Below the pieces are notes generated by a model that did not search any database, was not told the DNA's origin, and was given only the letters and a program-made list of their open reading frames with translations. A stretch of 35,910 bases of DNA from a virus (taxonomy: Duplodnaviria > Caudoviricetes). Shown piece after piece: positions 9,748-19,600 of this stretch (the first letter of the stretch is position 1; every line of letters starts with the position of its first letter). Location: IMG/VR virus record IMGVR_UViG_3300002091_000060, positions 1 to 35,910 of that record; one strand, 5' to 3'. The translations under genes and the position numbers were made by a program.

Positions 9748-11877
9748 TTATGGGTTGGCCTTGCGATACTGATTGGCGGCGTTTGTGGCCTCCTGACGCG
9801 CAAGCGTGAGCGCATTAGACTGAGCGTCGGCTGGCGAGATATACGAGGTGTAGGAGGCTGTGGCGGACGCTGATACCGATGGGCTTGTTCCACTGGCTGC
9901 GAGCGTAATTGTAGCTGTTTGGGTGCTGTTCCATGTATTTACAATATTGCCAGACGATTCTTGCGGAGGAGAGGCAAGCGTTACGACGATTGATGACCCA
10001 TTCTCGCCAACTACGCACGATTGGGTCTCGTTGCTGCTTGGGCTTCCAACAGATTTTTCCTGCCACTCATCCATGTACATCCTGATAGCGTCAACGCCTA
10101 GCTGACCGCACCATTCAATGAGGAAGCTGAACGCCTTGTCCACATCCATCGTGTACTTTGACTCACACGACGCAATTTTTGATGTCCTGCTGACGTTTTC
10201 AGTTGTCAGCCTGCGGTATTGTGTTTGCAAAAAACCAAGGTTCTCAATCTCGGCAGCATTTGGACTTGTGCTGTACTGGTAAGGGTCGTTTACGGCTAAA
10301 AGTCGGGTTGATAGAATGGTTTGGTAATATCCCCTTGTGCCGCGATACGAAACCTTCACATCCGTAGTTCCCGCAATCTGAGAGCAGTCAATTTCACCGA
10401 ATGCCATCTGCTTGTAGTCCATTTCATCGCCCATTAAAGCGGTTTCCATCTGGCAATAGATCCTATTTACAAAGTCGGTCGTTGATCCATCCTGATTGAT
10501 TTGGAGATATGTGTCGTAACGCTCTGGCATGAATGCCTCCCAGAGGTGGTTAAATGAGCCATCATTGGTTGGCGCGTAATCAACGGAGAACGCAAACAAT
10601 CGGTTCTCGTTTTCAACAATATCGGCAGACCAGACCAGCGGCCTAATTCCATTCCAAACCCCGCACCATGCAGGCGGTTTGCCGTCAGAAAGCTCCGATG
10701 CGACCGAGTAATCAAGCACCATCGTCTCGCTGTTTACTGGCTCCAAATACGGAACCGAGTACATCAGGTAGTTTTCAAACGACGCCGCGCAAATGCCGCT
10801 CAAGTCTGACGACAGAAGCCGCTTCACCTTTGCCATTTCAACATCCTTGTACAGGACTTGGCTTGAAAGATTGCTTGTCTTAGCAATGTCTGCGGCTACA
10901 AGTCCGCCCTGTGAGTACCACCACATGAGTCCAGCCTGAAACGCGATGCTGTTTCCAGAAACACACCCCAAAGATGGGTAAAGCACAGATTGGAAGTTTG
11001 GTGTCGCGCCCCATGTCGCCCTGTCAAGTATTCCGCTCTTGAGTGTGATTGTAGAGTAGTCTGTGAAGACATAAAGAGCGGTTGCTGCATTCTGACCAAT
11101 GTAATCAGCCATGCCAGTAACAACGCCGCCAATGTCAAAGTCACCCCTTCCACCTCCCTGAGTCCTTTCAAGCCAACTAAGTGGATTTCCAAGGTCGGAT
11201 GCCGATACAATGTTCCCATTGGCTACCCACAGGCGGTTTCCTGAATAAGCCATCCAATACCCGACAGGCATTACGGATGACTGCGCGCCTGTCGTGTTGC
11301 TACCATCCCAATAGGCAGGCTGTGAGATTCCGTCTTGGATGATCACAATATTGTGCGACGGCGTTATGGTGACGTTGTTTGAGCTATCGGTTTGAGCAGA
11401 TTGCGTTCCGATCACAAAGTTAACCATGTTAACATTTGGATCTAGCTTGATGTTGGTCAACTTGTATTCGTTCCAATCCGCAGGTTGTGTCAGTGGGAAT
11501 GGGGCGTAATAGACATTTCCATCAACGCAAAACAGCGCATAAGATAGGTATACAGAGGTGCTGCCAGTGCCTTGCGGCGTAAATACCTGCTCTGGGGTGT
11601 TGATTACAACGCCTGATAGATTGGTAATGGTTGACTGCGGCTGAAAAATCTTGTTGGAGTTGAAGACTATTCCCCCCTGAAAGTTTCCAGCGGGAAGCGA
11701 CAGGCGCATCTTGAACCCATTACGAGTTTGAACTACTCCACCTCGGCAGGTGACATTTACCCCCCACTTGTACTGGTGTGGCGGCAATGTCCAAGGGTTT
11801 ACAACGCTATTTGCGCCGCCCGTCCAACCGCTTCCAACCTTGTTTTTCCTCCCAGCAGATATGTTTGGAGATTTCAT
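9748..11877 (-). CDS. Tail tubular protein B / nozzle-like (head-stabilization) protein (709 aa)
   Basis: Beta-rich; GWTGGANSVVNPWTLP N-terminus, MAYSGNRLWVA..SASD and ..PAWCGVW.. patterns resemble P22 gp10 / T7 gp12-like beta-propeller nozzles. Start overlaps the upstream stop (TAATG). Confidence 0.7.
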   Translation of the reverse strand: MKSPNISAGRKNKVGSGWTGGANSVVNPWTLPPHQYKWGVNVTCRGGVVQTRNGFKMRLSLPAGNFQGGIVFNSNKIFQPQSTITNLSGVVINTPEQVFTPQGTGSTSVYLSYALFCVDGNVYYAPFPLTQPADWNEYKLTNIKLDPNVNMVNFVIGTQSAQTDSSNNVTITPSHNIVIIQDGISQPAYWDGSNTTGAQSSVMPVGYWMAYSGNRLWVANGNIVSASDLGNPLSWLERTQGGGRGDFDIGGVVTGMADYIGQNAATALYVFTDYSTITLKSGILDRATWGATPNFQSVLYPSLGCVSGNSIAFQAGLMWWYSQGGLVAADIAKTSNLSSQVLYKDVEMAKVKRLLSSDLSGICAASFENYLMYSVPYLEPVNSETMVLDYSVASELSDGKPPAWCGVWNGIRPLVWSADIVENENRLFAFSVDYAPTNDGSFNHLWEAFMPERYDTYLQINQDGSTTDFVNRIYCQMETALMGDEMDYKQMAFGEIDCSQIAGTTDVKVSYRGTRGYYQTILSTRLLAVNDPYQYSTSPNAAEIENLGFLQTQYRRLTTENVSRTSKIASCESKYTMDVDKAFSFLIEWCGQLGVDAIRMYMDEWQEKSVGSPSSNETQSCVVGENGSSIVVTLASPPQESSGNIVNTWNSTQTATITLAASGTSPSVSASATASYTSYISPADAQSNALTLARQEATNAANQYRKANP

Positions 11878-14800
11878 TAGTATCCGTAGAAGTCTGAGTC
11901 AATAACAGGGTCGGTTTGGTCGCCATACGTCAGACCATTGATCTGTGGAGGCATCATGGCGTGTCCTTCCATGCTTTCGTTCTGGTTGTGGAGGTACGCA
12001 ATGGCAACCTGCCAGTATTTCTGGGATTGCTCAATGAAGTCCTTGTCTTCCAGATCGCAAGCGTGAACAGCGGCAAGAATGGCGCGAGCATTCTCAAGAG
12101 GGATATAATCGTAAACACTAGTGATTTCAGGAGACTTTGTTCGGTAGATAATGCGCGCCCAAGCGGCTGATTTTCCGATCCTGATGCGGCGGTACTTTGG
12201 ATTGGTTTCGGAGGGGTGATACTGACCGATCAGGGCCATGTCATTGCTGCGTCCATAATCAAGTGCATACAAGCTGATGTACCCAGCACTGACAGGCTTC
12301 TCAATGTGGAGGATTGCCTTTACAAGCGTTGGAGTGAGAAGCGAATCAATAAAGAATGAGCTAGTTGTCGTGTTGCCAGTGCTTAAATACGATACTAGGC
12401 CAGTTGTTCCGCCTGCATTTGCGCTATCTTGTGTGGTATATAGGGAAATTGTGTTGGAATCGACAAACCTAGCGTAGTAAGCAGTAGATGTATTTAATGG
12501 GTTTGGCAGGGTATCATTTGAGTTTGCTCGCACGATGACCTGCACCCCTGTGTCATAGGTCGAATTGGGTACTGAAAGCGTTGATGACGCTATAGGAGTG
12601 AAGCTGACGGCGTGATTCATTGTCAGCGTTCCATTAGCAAGCGTTGGAATTGAACCATTCACAAATACAATTGGAGTCGTTCCTGTAGAATCGTATAAGT
12701 AAATGTCAGATCCGTAATTTTTGATCTGATACTTTGTTCCATGAGTCAAAGGCAACGGCAATCCTGTGTCTGTTGCTCCTGAAACATAAGAACTGGACTG
12801 GAATGTCACCAGTGTACCATTGTTTAGTAATTGATTGGTGGAAGGCGCAAGCAAGCTGGCTCCGTTGGTAAGATTACCAGCAGGAATGTACGCCTTTGCA
12901 TAGGCAGGCTGTTGTACTGCGTAGTAAGCCTGACCGACTCCAAGTGTTAGAGTGGTGATTGCGTTATCTACGACAATTGCAGTGGCTCCAGTACCAGTAG
13001 TGTCTCCACTTGCAGGAGTAATTGTAACCGATGGCAAGTTGTAATACCCAGATGTTCCGCTAGGCACAGAAATTGATGTTACATAGCAGGTGTTTGCGAC
13101 TGCCGATGGCACAACTCCAGCATATACAAATGTCGCACTTCCTGATCCAGTTTGCGGTGATGCTGGCGTTGGGTTCCCTGATGGGTCAGTTGTTCCCGCT
13201 TTTGTAACAGAAAACAAATAGTTTCCGTAATAAATTTGATCTCCTATGCTATAGCCAGTGTTGTTTTGAAATGGAAGGCCAAATGAAACAATCGGGGTTG
13301 ATGTGTATCCAGCACCTACAAATGAAACTGTAACTGCTGTAACGCTTCCATTTGTAATTGTACAACTTGCTGTTGCTTGAGAGGAATAACCTCCTCCAGA
13401 AATATTTACAGATGGAGGAGAAGTATACCCAGAACCCCCTGAGATTAAAGTGATTCCATTAGTTGCGTTGATTGTTCTTTCAACAACAGCGTTAGGTGCA
13501 GTTGTGTATGTTCCACTGCCTCCTGTAAGCGCAACAGATGGCTGTCCAGAGTAACCAGAGCCTCCAGCTATTACATTAATCTGTGTAATTGGGAAATTTG
13601 CTGTAGCCTCTACATTTGATGAATAAAATTTAGCAAGGGTGTTAGAGTTTGTAACTTTTGCAATATATCCACTTGAAGAAGCTGGAGTAAGCGTTGGGAA
13701 AAGATAGTCAGATCCAAACTGAAGAAGTTGACCAGTGGTCAGTCCAGCAAAGTTTCCATACCACAAGTTATTGAACCCAATAGCAAACGCCCTGCTCAGT
13801 TGAACATAGAGGGTTCCAGTTCCATTGCTGGTAATGTTAACTGGGTTAAAGAATTGATCAACGACGCTGAATGTTCCGTTAGCGGAATTCAATGGAGGCT
13901 GTGCAATGTATGTAGTGCCAGCAACAAGCGGGGATGGAAGTGTTCCAGTGCTTGAGAACTGAATAAAAACACCTGTTGATGGTGTGATAGCTACAACAGG
14001 TGAAGAGGTGTATCCAGTTCCCTGCGCCACAACATTGACTGCAGTTACCTTGCCATTTGCAATTGTCGCGGTCGCCGTTGCTCCTGATCCTGCGCCAGTA
14101 ATTGTTACGGCTGGTGGCGTGGTATAACCAGACCCTCCAGAAACAATGTTGAACGAAGAAACATACGAAAGTGTAATTGATGCCGTTGCCGTTGCTGGAG
14201 TTGTATTTGTCCCAATAATTGAGATTGTTGGTGCGCCAGTGTAACCCAATCCGCCATCAGTAATTGTGATTGCTATTACTTGCGCTCCACCCGTTCCTCC
14301 AAGAGTTGCATATCCAGTAGCAGTCCTTACTTGCTGGTTGCTATTTACTGGAGGATTTGGCGGCGGACTAAATTGAATTGTTGGTATGGTTGTGTATCCT
14401 GTGCCTGCAAACGTAATATTAACACCTGTGACAGATCCAATTACGTTTGCCGTTGCACTTGCTCCACTGCCTGATGGTGAGTTAACGGAAAGACCCGATG
14501 CGGTGATGTTGCTAGTCTGACCAATGTTTGCCGTGGCAGGGATTAGCTTAACAAGCGAATTCGTTCCAGATCCAGCGGTTGTAAGAATGATCGGATTGGT
14601 TCCAGAAACTGCATCAGCCTGATTTGTGTGAATCGTTACTGAAATTGCCGTGATGACATTGACATAGTAGTTTTGTCCCGCGATCAGCGGAAGCGGAAGC
14701 GTTCCGCCTGCCGTGAATGCCTGCACAACGTCACCTGTTGAGAAGTAGTGAGGGATTGAAAATGTCAGCGTTGTGACAGGAGCCATTGGAGAACGCAGGT

Positions 14801-15869
14801 TCACATTGAACTTGCCACTATTCCCAGACAAATAGACAGGATTTATGTTATTCAGAGCATCACTGTACGATGCAAACACCTGAAGGTTTGTGGAATCAAG
14901 ATTCTGCGTGAAGTATGTTGTATTGGCTACCAATGGGCTTGGAAGAACTCCAGAAAATAGTCCGCCTGTAGCAGTTGAGAATGTCACTTCATTAGGAGAT
15001 GACAGGGAGATAGCAGGCACTGATTGGAGATTAATGCAAGTAAGCAAGCTGATCGGCCTTGAGTCCGTAAGCGTAAGTCCACTAGTAGTAGCACCAACAA
15101 TGCTCTGCATGGCGATTGGATTGGTGTTGTTCTTAGCGTCTAGCGCGCTCTGATAAAGTTGGATGGTGAAATTATCTACAATGCCAGTGTAATAGGTGCT
15201 TCCGTTGATAAGGGGAGAAGGAACAAGTCCAGAGGCAAGCCCAAGAAGCACATTCTGACCAGCTGAGAAGTTGTGAGCCGTAGATCCGCTGGTAAATTCA
15301 TTGATCGGTGATATTGCAGCCGTACGGGTTGCAATTGTAACGCCGTCGGGCTGGATCGTTCCGTATGGAAAGTCAGACTGGGCGTGGACTGGTATCACTA
15401 GACCATCAATTCCTGCGCCGCTAGCGTCCTGTGAACGTAGTTCGCGGTTGTTTCCATCCGTTCCTACCACTCGTATTTGCAAACCTGCATCTGACTGGTG
15501 TTCTGCCACAGCAATAAGCTGGCTAGGCTGGCGGATGTCCATGATCGTCGAGACAAATCCGCGATCATCCCATGCCCATGACACAGGGTTATACATCCCT
15601 CCCTTGTTGACATGGTACTGGAACAGCCTTCCCCTGAAATACTGGGGAGATCCATCCACATTTACGCCAAGCGGAACCTCAATTCCGCGAGGCAGGGTAA
15701 TCGTCTGTCCATCCCATCCAGTGCAAACATCCACTTCCGAATTGGTGTGGAAGTAGTGACCAGACTCCATGAGGATCTGGACTGCCTGAGTTAGCTTGCG
15801 AAATATCTTGGTTTGGTCAGTAGTAGCAAGAATTTCGCTAGCCTCGTCAATGATTTGCGAGACGAACAT
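11877..15869 (-). CDS. Tail tubular protein A / head-tail adaptor-like protein with ~1000-aa central repeat insertion (1330 aa)
   Basis: Normal-composition ends (MFVSQIIDEA..ITLPRGIEVPLGV and ..YIPLENARAILAAV..YWQVAIAYL) flank a T/S/G-rich repeat region. Directly upstream of the nozzle-like gene. Confidence 0.6.
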   Translation of the reverse strand: MFVSQIIDEASEILATTDQTKIFRKLTQAVQILMESGHYFHTNSEVDVCTGWDGQTITLPRGIEVPLGVNVDGSPQYFRGRLFQYHVNKGGMYNPVSWAWDDRGFVSTIMDIRQPSQLIAVAEHQSDAGLQIRVVGTDGNNRELRSQDASGAGIDGLVIPVHAQSDFPYGTIQPDGVTIATRTAAISPINEFTSGSTAHNFSAGQNVLLGLASGLVPSPLINGSTYYTGIVDNFTIQLYQSALDAKNNTNPIAMQSIVGATTSGLTLTDSRPISLLTCINLQSVPAISLSSPNEVTFSTATGGLFSGVLPSPLVANTTYFTQNLDSTNLQVFASYSDALNNINPVYLSGNSGKFNVNLRSPMAPVTTLTFSIPHYFSTGDVVQAFTAGGTLPLPLIAGQNYYVNVITAISVTIHTNQADAVSGTNPIILTTAGSGTNSLVKLIPATANIGQTSNITASGLSVNSPSGSGASATANVIGSVTGVNITFAGTGYTTIPTIQFSPPPNPPVNSNQQVRTATGYATLGGTGGAQVIAITITDGGLGYTGAPTISIIGTNTTPATATASITLSYVSSFNIVSGGSGYTTPPAVTITGAGSGATATATIANGKVTAVNVVAQGTGYTSSPVVAITPSTGVFIQFSSTGTLPSPLVAGTTYIAQPPLNSANGTFSVVDQFFNPVNITSNGTGTLYVQLSRAFAIGFNNLWYGNFAGLTTGQLLQFGSDYLFPTLTPASSSGYIAKVTNSNTLAKFYSSNVEATANFPITQINVIAGGSGYSGQPSVALTGGSGTYTTAPNAVVERTINATNGITLISGGSGYTSPPSVNISGGGYSSQATASCTITNGSVTAVTVSFVGAGYTSTPIVSFGLPFQNNTGYSIGDQIYYGNYLFSVTKAGTTDPSGNPTPASPQTGSGSATFVYAGVVPSAVANTCYVTSISVPSGTSGYYNLPSVTITPASGDTTGTGATAIVVDNAITTLTLGVGQAYYAVQQPAYAKAYIPAGNLTNGASLLAPSTNQLLNNGTLVTFQSSSYVSGATDTGLPLPLTHGTKYQIKNYGSDIYLYDSTGTTPIVFVNGSIPTLANGTLTMNHAVSFTPIASSTLSVPNSTYDTGVQVIVRANSNDTLPNPLNTSTAYYARFVDSNTISLYTTQDSANAGGTTGLVSYLSTGNTTTSSFFIDSLLTPTLVKAILHIEKPVSAGYISLYALDYGRSNDMALIGQYHPSETNPKYRRIRIGKSAAWARIIYRTKSPEITSVYDYIPLENARAILAAVHACDLEDKDFIEQSQKYWQVAIAYLHNQNESMEGHAMMPPQINGLTYGDQTDPVIDSDFYGY

Positions 15870-15881
15870 TGATTTTGATCC

Positions 15882-16238
15882 TTATTTGGTGCGAGCGTTT
15901 CCTTCTTGGGCGATGCTTTTCAAGAAATCGTCGTCACCACCACCTTGCATTCCGCCAGCAGGAGCCTGTGGAGGCATTCCACCTTCGGGAGGGGCGGGAG
16001 GTTGTTCAGCACCACCAGCTTGTTCACCAACGCTCTGGGCGAGGTTTTCAACACCGCTGGCAAGCTGCGTGATAAGCTGATGGATGGCATCAAAGGCTTC
16101 TTTTGGCATGGAGATCATTACTGATCCACCATCTCCACCTTGTGGTGCAGGAGGAGCCATGTCTTGCATGGGTGCTGGGCCTTGGCCTTGGTCAGGAGAT
16201 GGCATTGGATCGGCGGGGGGCATAGTTTTGTCAGCCAT
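15882..16238 (-). CDS. Hypothetical P/G/Q/M-rich, largely disordered protein (118 aa)
   Basis: Clean ORF in the operon with one central amphipathic helix (KEAFDAIHQLITQLA). Confidence 0.7.
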   Translation of the reverse strand: MADKTMPPADPMPSPDQGQGPAPMQDMAPPAPQGGDGGSVMISMPKEAFDAIHQLITQLASGVENLAQSVGEQAGGAEQPPAPPEGGMPPQAPAGGMQGGGDDDFLKSIAQEGNARTK

Positions 16239-16242
16239 AGTA

Positions 16243-16638
16243 TTATTTTTCAGTGGTTTCTTTTGCGGCGGCTTCTAATCCCATTTCGATGGCATCTTCA
16301 GACGGCGATTCTTTTGAGGTATTGCGTGTCATGTCATCACCCTTTGCAGATTCGGCGCGAATTCCATGAAGTTGGATTCCCACAGAGTGGTGATGCTTTC
16401 CATTTTCTACGCGATGACTTTCAGAAATCTTTTTGTAGTGAATGGTAGCCTTGCCGTGTTCCTTTAGGTGCTTTTTTAAGTGTTCAGCGTGCGCGCCATG
16501 AAAGTGAATCTCGGGATAGTGAACTTCGGCAGTCTTGTTCTTTGCGTCAGTAACTTCCTCATGCAATCCTCCGAAGTCTCCTTCGCCAAGATCATGAAAC
16601 CCTTCAGGGATAGTTTGTTTTTCGGTTTCGTATCCCAT
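16243..16638 (-). CDS. His-rich hypothetical protein (131 aa) with scaffold-like C-terminal motif
   Basis: 15 His counted; near the C-terminus SEDAIEMGLEAA. Starts 1 nt after the tailspike stop. Confidence 0.75.
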   Translation of the reverse strand: MGYETEKQTIPEGFHDLGEGDFGGLHEEVTDAKNKTAEVHYPEIHFHGAHAEHLKKHLKEHGKATIHYKKISESHRVENGKHHHSVGIQLHGIRAESAKGDDMTRNTSKESPSEDAIEMGLEAAAKETTEK

Positions 16639-16639
16639 A

Positions 16640-19600
16640 TTATTGCTGCGTTGTTGTCATTAAATGCCAACTATAATTTGACCCACTGCCTGTTCCAATA
16701 TAAAAAAGATTATCTTTTGTGTTGTAACAAATTTGACCAATAAAAGCAGGATAAATTTTATTTTGAGGGCTTCCGTAAATACTTGTTCCTTGCCCAAAAT
16801 TTGAAATAGATGGGTAAATGTTTGGAACGGCTATCCCATCAAGTATTGTAGCTGTGGGAGCTGTAGCAAACCCAGCCCCTCCATAATTTATGGTAAATCC
16901 AGTAACCGACCCACTCACAACGGTAGAGCTAACCGAGGGAGCTACTGGTCGTGATTGAAGGCTTACCCCCGTTGCCGTTGCTGTTGCATTTTGGCTAATG
17001 CTAACTGTGCTACCAGTAACGTTGGTGATTATTGTCCCTGTTGGAATCCCAGATCCAGTAATTGTTTGCCCCGAAACTAAGTTTGCCGTTGGGGTAACGC
17101 TGGTGATGCTGTTGCTTGCGGAGGTTGTGTTTCCAGTAAAAGAATAGATAGGAGAAGAAAATATGAGTGCTGGAGCGTTTGTATATCCAGACCCTCCGTT
17201 GACCAATGTGTAATTGTTTACTACTCCGCCACTACTAATTGTGAAAGTTGCCGAAGCTCCTGAACCCGTTAAGGATAACCCTTGAGAACCACCTATTTCA
17301 ACAAAACCTGACAAGCTCGCGCTATTTGTTTGTGTGAAAAATTCAGCAGTTCCGTTATTTATTACAGTTACCGAGGGAATCGTAAAGGTATTTTGGTCAA
17401 CAACTGTTACCTGATAAGAGTTATTGTTGATAGATGTGCTGGTTTGTGCAAGCGAATCAGAGATAAAAATGTATTGGCCTGTTGTTAACCCATGACCAAC
17501 ACAAGTCATGGCCGTGTTACTTCCGCTAGTAGCCATTGAAGTAATTACAGAAGATTGAACCGAATCGTTTAAGATGAACAACCCGTCTTCAGAATAACTT
17601 GAAATTTGTCTTTGAGGAATACTAGACAAGAAGTTTAAATCGTTGACATGAATATCAACGAGATAACGCCCATCTGATGAAATAACACGAATCCTATCAA
17701 AAGATATTGGGTTAGTATTCCTGTTTCTAATTACATTTATAAAAGCAAAGTTATAACTTCCAGTAGAAACTTCAAATTTCAACCCAGCTAATTCTATTTC
17801 AGCGTCTATACAACCATCGTATACATTTGGATTTTGGGCTGCGTTAATACGCACCCAACCAGTTTTTGTGGCATCAAATGATGCAATTCTATTTTTTACC
17901 CTATGGCTATAAGAATTAGAAAAACCTAAATTCGGAGACCCAAGATAATTTTCTATAATAGATGACCAAGTTGAATTAGTAAAATAATCCACGTTAAGAA
18001 CTCTGTTGTCCTTAATAAGATTGTCCCAAGGTATGGCCCGTCCATTGCTGTCGTTATACCCATTTTGGTAAGTTATTACACAGGTGGGCTGGTAAAGATT
18101 TGACCCAACATAAATATAAGAAACGCTTCCGTTGCTTTGGGTTCCAGAATAATTGGTAAGCCCCGTTGAACTAAAAGAAACACCCGTTCCAAATGTTGAA
18201 ATAGGCTGACTCAAGGTTATAACATTTCCGTTAATCAACGCAATAAAAGCCCCAGAAGAAACCCCAGTTCCTGAAACGTATTGACCTACGTTTAAGCCAG
18301 AAACAGAACTTACGTTTGTTATGGTTACCGTAGATCCATTATTTTCACTTGCGTAAAAAGATGCTCCCGTTTGAGTAATTGTTGCCGCTTGGGAAAGAGT
18401 AATAGTATTTCCGTAAATGCTGGAAATTGTTGTTCCAGAAGTTATTCCCGTTCCATTTATGTATTGTCCAGCCACCAATCCCGTAGTTGAACTTACGTTG
18501 GTCAAAGAAGTTCCAGATGCCGTTGTATTTCCAGTAAACGTGCGTCCCGTAGTTCCCGTAAAGTTTACCGAGGAAGCCGAAGCAAAAGTCCCCCCAGTAG
18601 TTACATAATAAACGTAACTCCCAAAATAAAAGTAAGCATTTGCAGCAATTTGAGAATTTGCCACCCAAGGGTTCCCGTAGTTGTAGGGAGATAAAATGTT
18701 ATCTACACTAAAAGTGTTGTTGCTAATGTTTTTTTGACCATACGCAACATTGATAAAAGAAGAACCACAAAGCGAATCCTGTTGTCTAAATACATTGTTG
18801 GAAATAATGCTATTAAAAGTTTCAGTTAAAATACTTTGACCCTGCATGGACAAAGTTGGAAAAGTTCTAATAACGTTAAAGTAATTTCCTGTAATGGTGA
18901 CAGGTTTTGTAACAACAACCCCACTCGCAACAGTATTTCTTATCGCAAGGTTAAAGTTAGAAAAATAATTTCCAGTAATCGTAGACGCAACATTAGTAAA
19001 AATGCAAGGGCTTGGCCTTGCCTCATAAGTGGCTGAGGCGTAAGGAAGATTCTGAAATATAAAATTGTTCCCAAGATAATCCTTTAAAGATTCCGAATCA
19101 AAGTTGCAAGAGGTTACGATTAACGTATTTTGATTAAGTGCGTAGTTTAACGGAACTGCTTGAATCCCAAAACCAACAAACGGGATTGTGCTACCCGCTG
19201 GAACCAAAGAATTTGTTTGTTTTGTGCCTAGCGGAGATAAAAGAAGGTTAACTCCCGCCCCAAGGTAAGAATCACTCATCCGTTGGAAAACAAGTGAACT
19301 CCCAATAATAATTGTTGATGGGCCAGAAACATATTTATAAACACCCGAAGTGCCTAGTGTGTCAAAGGTATTATAAGCATTTACATTAAAAGTATAAAGT
19401 TGACCCACGACTAAAGAACTGGCGTCTGGAATATAATTAACGCTCACCGTTACATTTGACCCAATTTCTGGTTGAACAAAAGAATTTAGTCTAACGGACG
19501 ACCTATTAAATTGGCTTGCCAAAATTGTTTCATACAAATTATTTTTAAACTCGCAATTTGTTATTACGGTATTCGGGGCGATAACGTTTAAAAACCCGTC

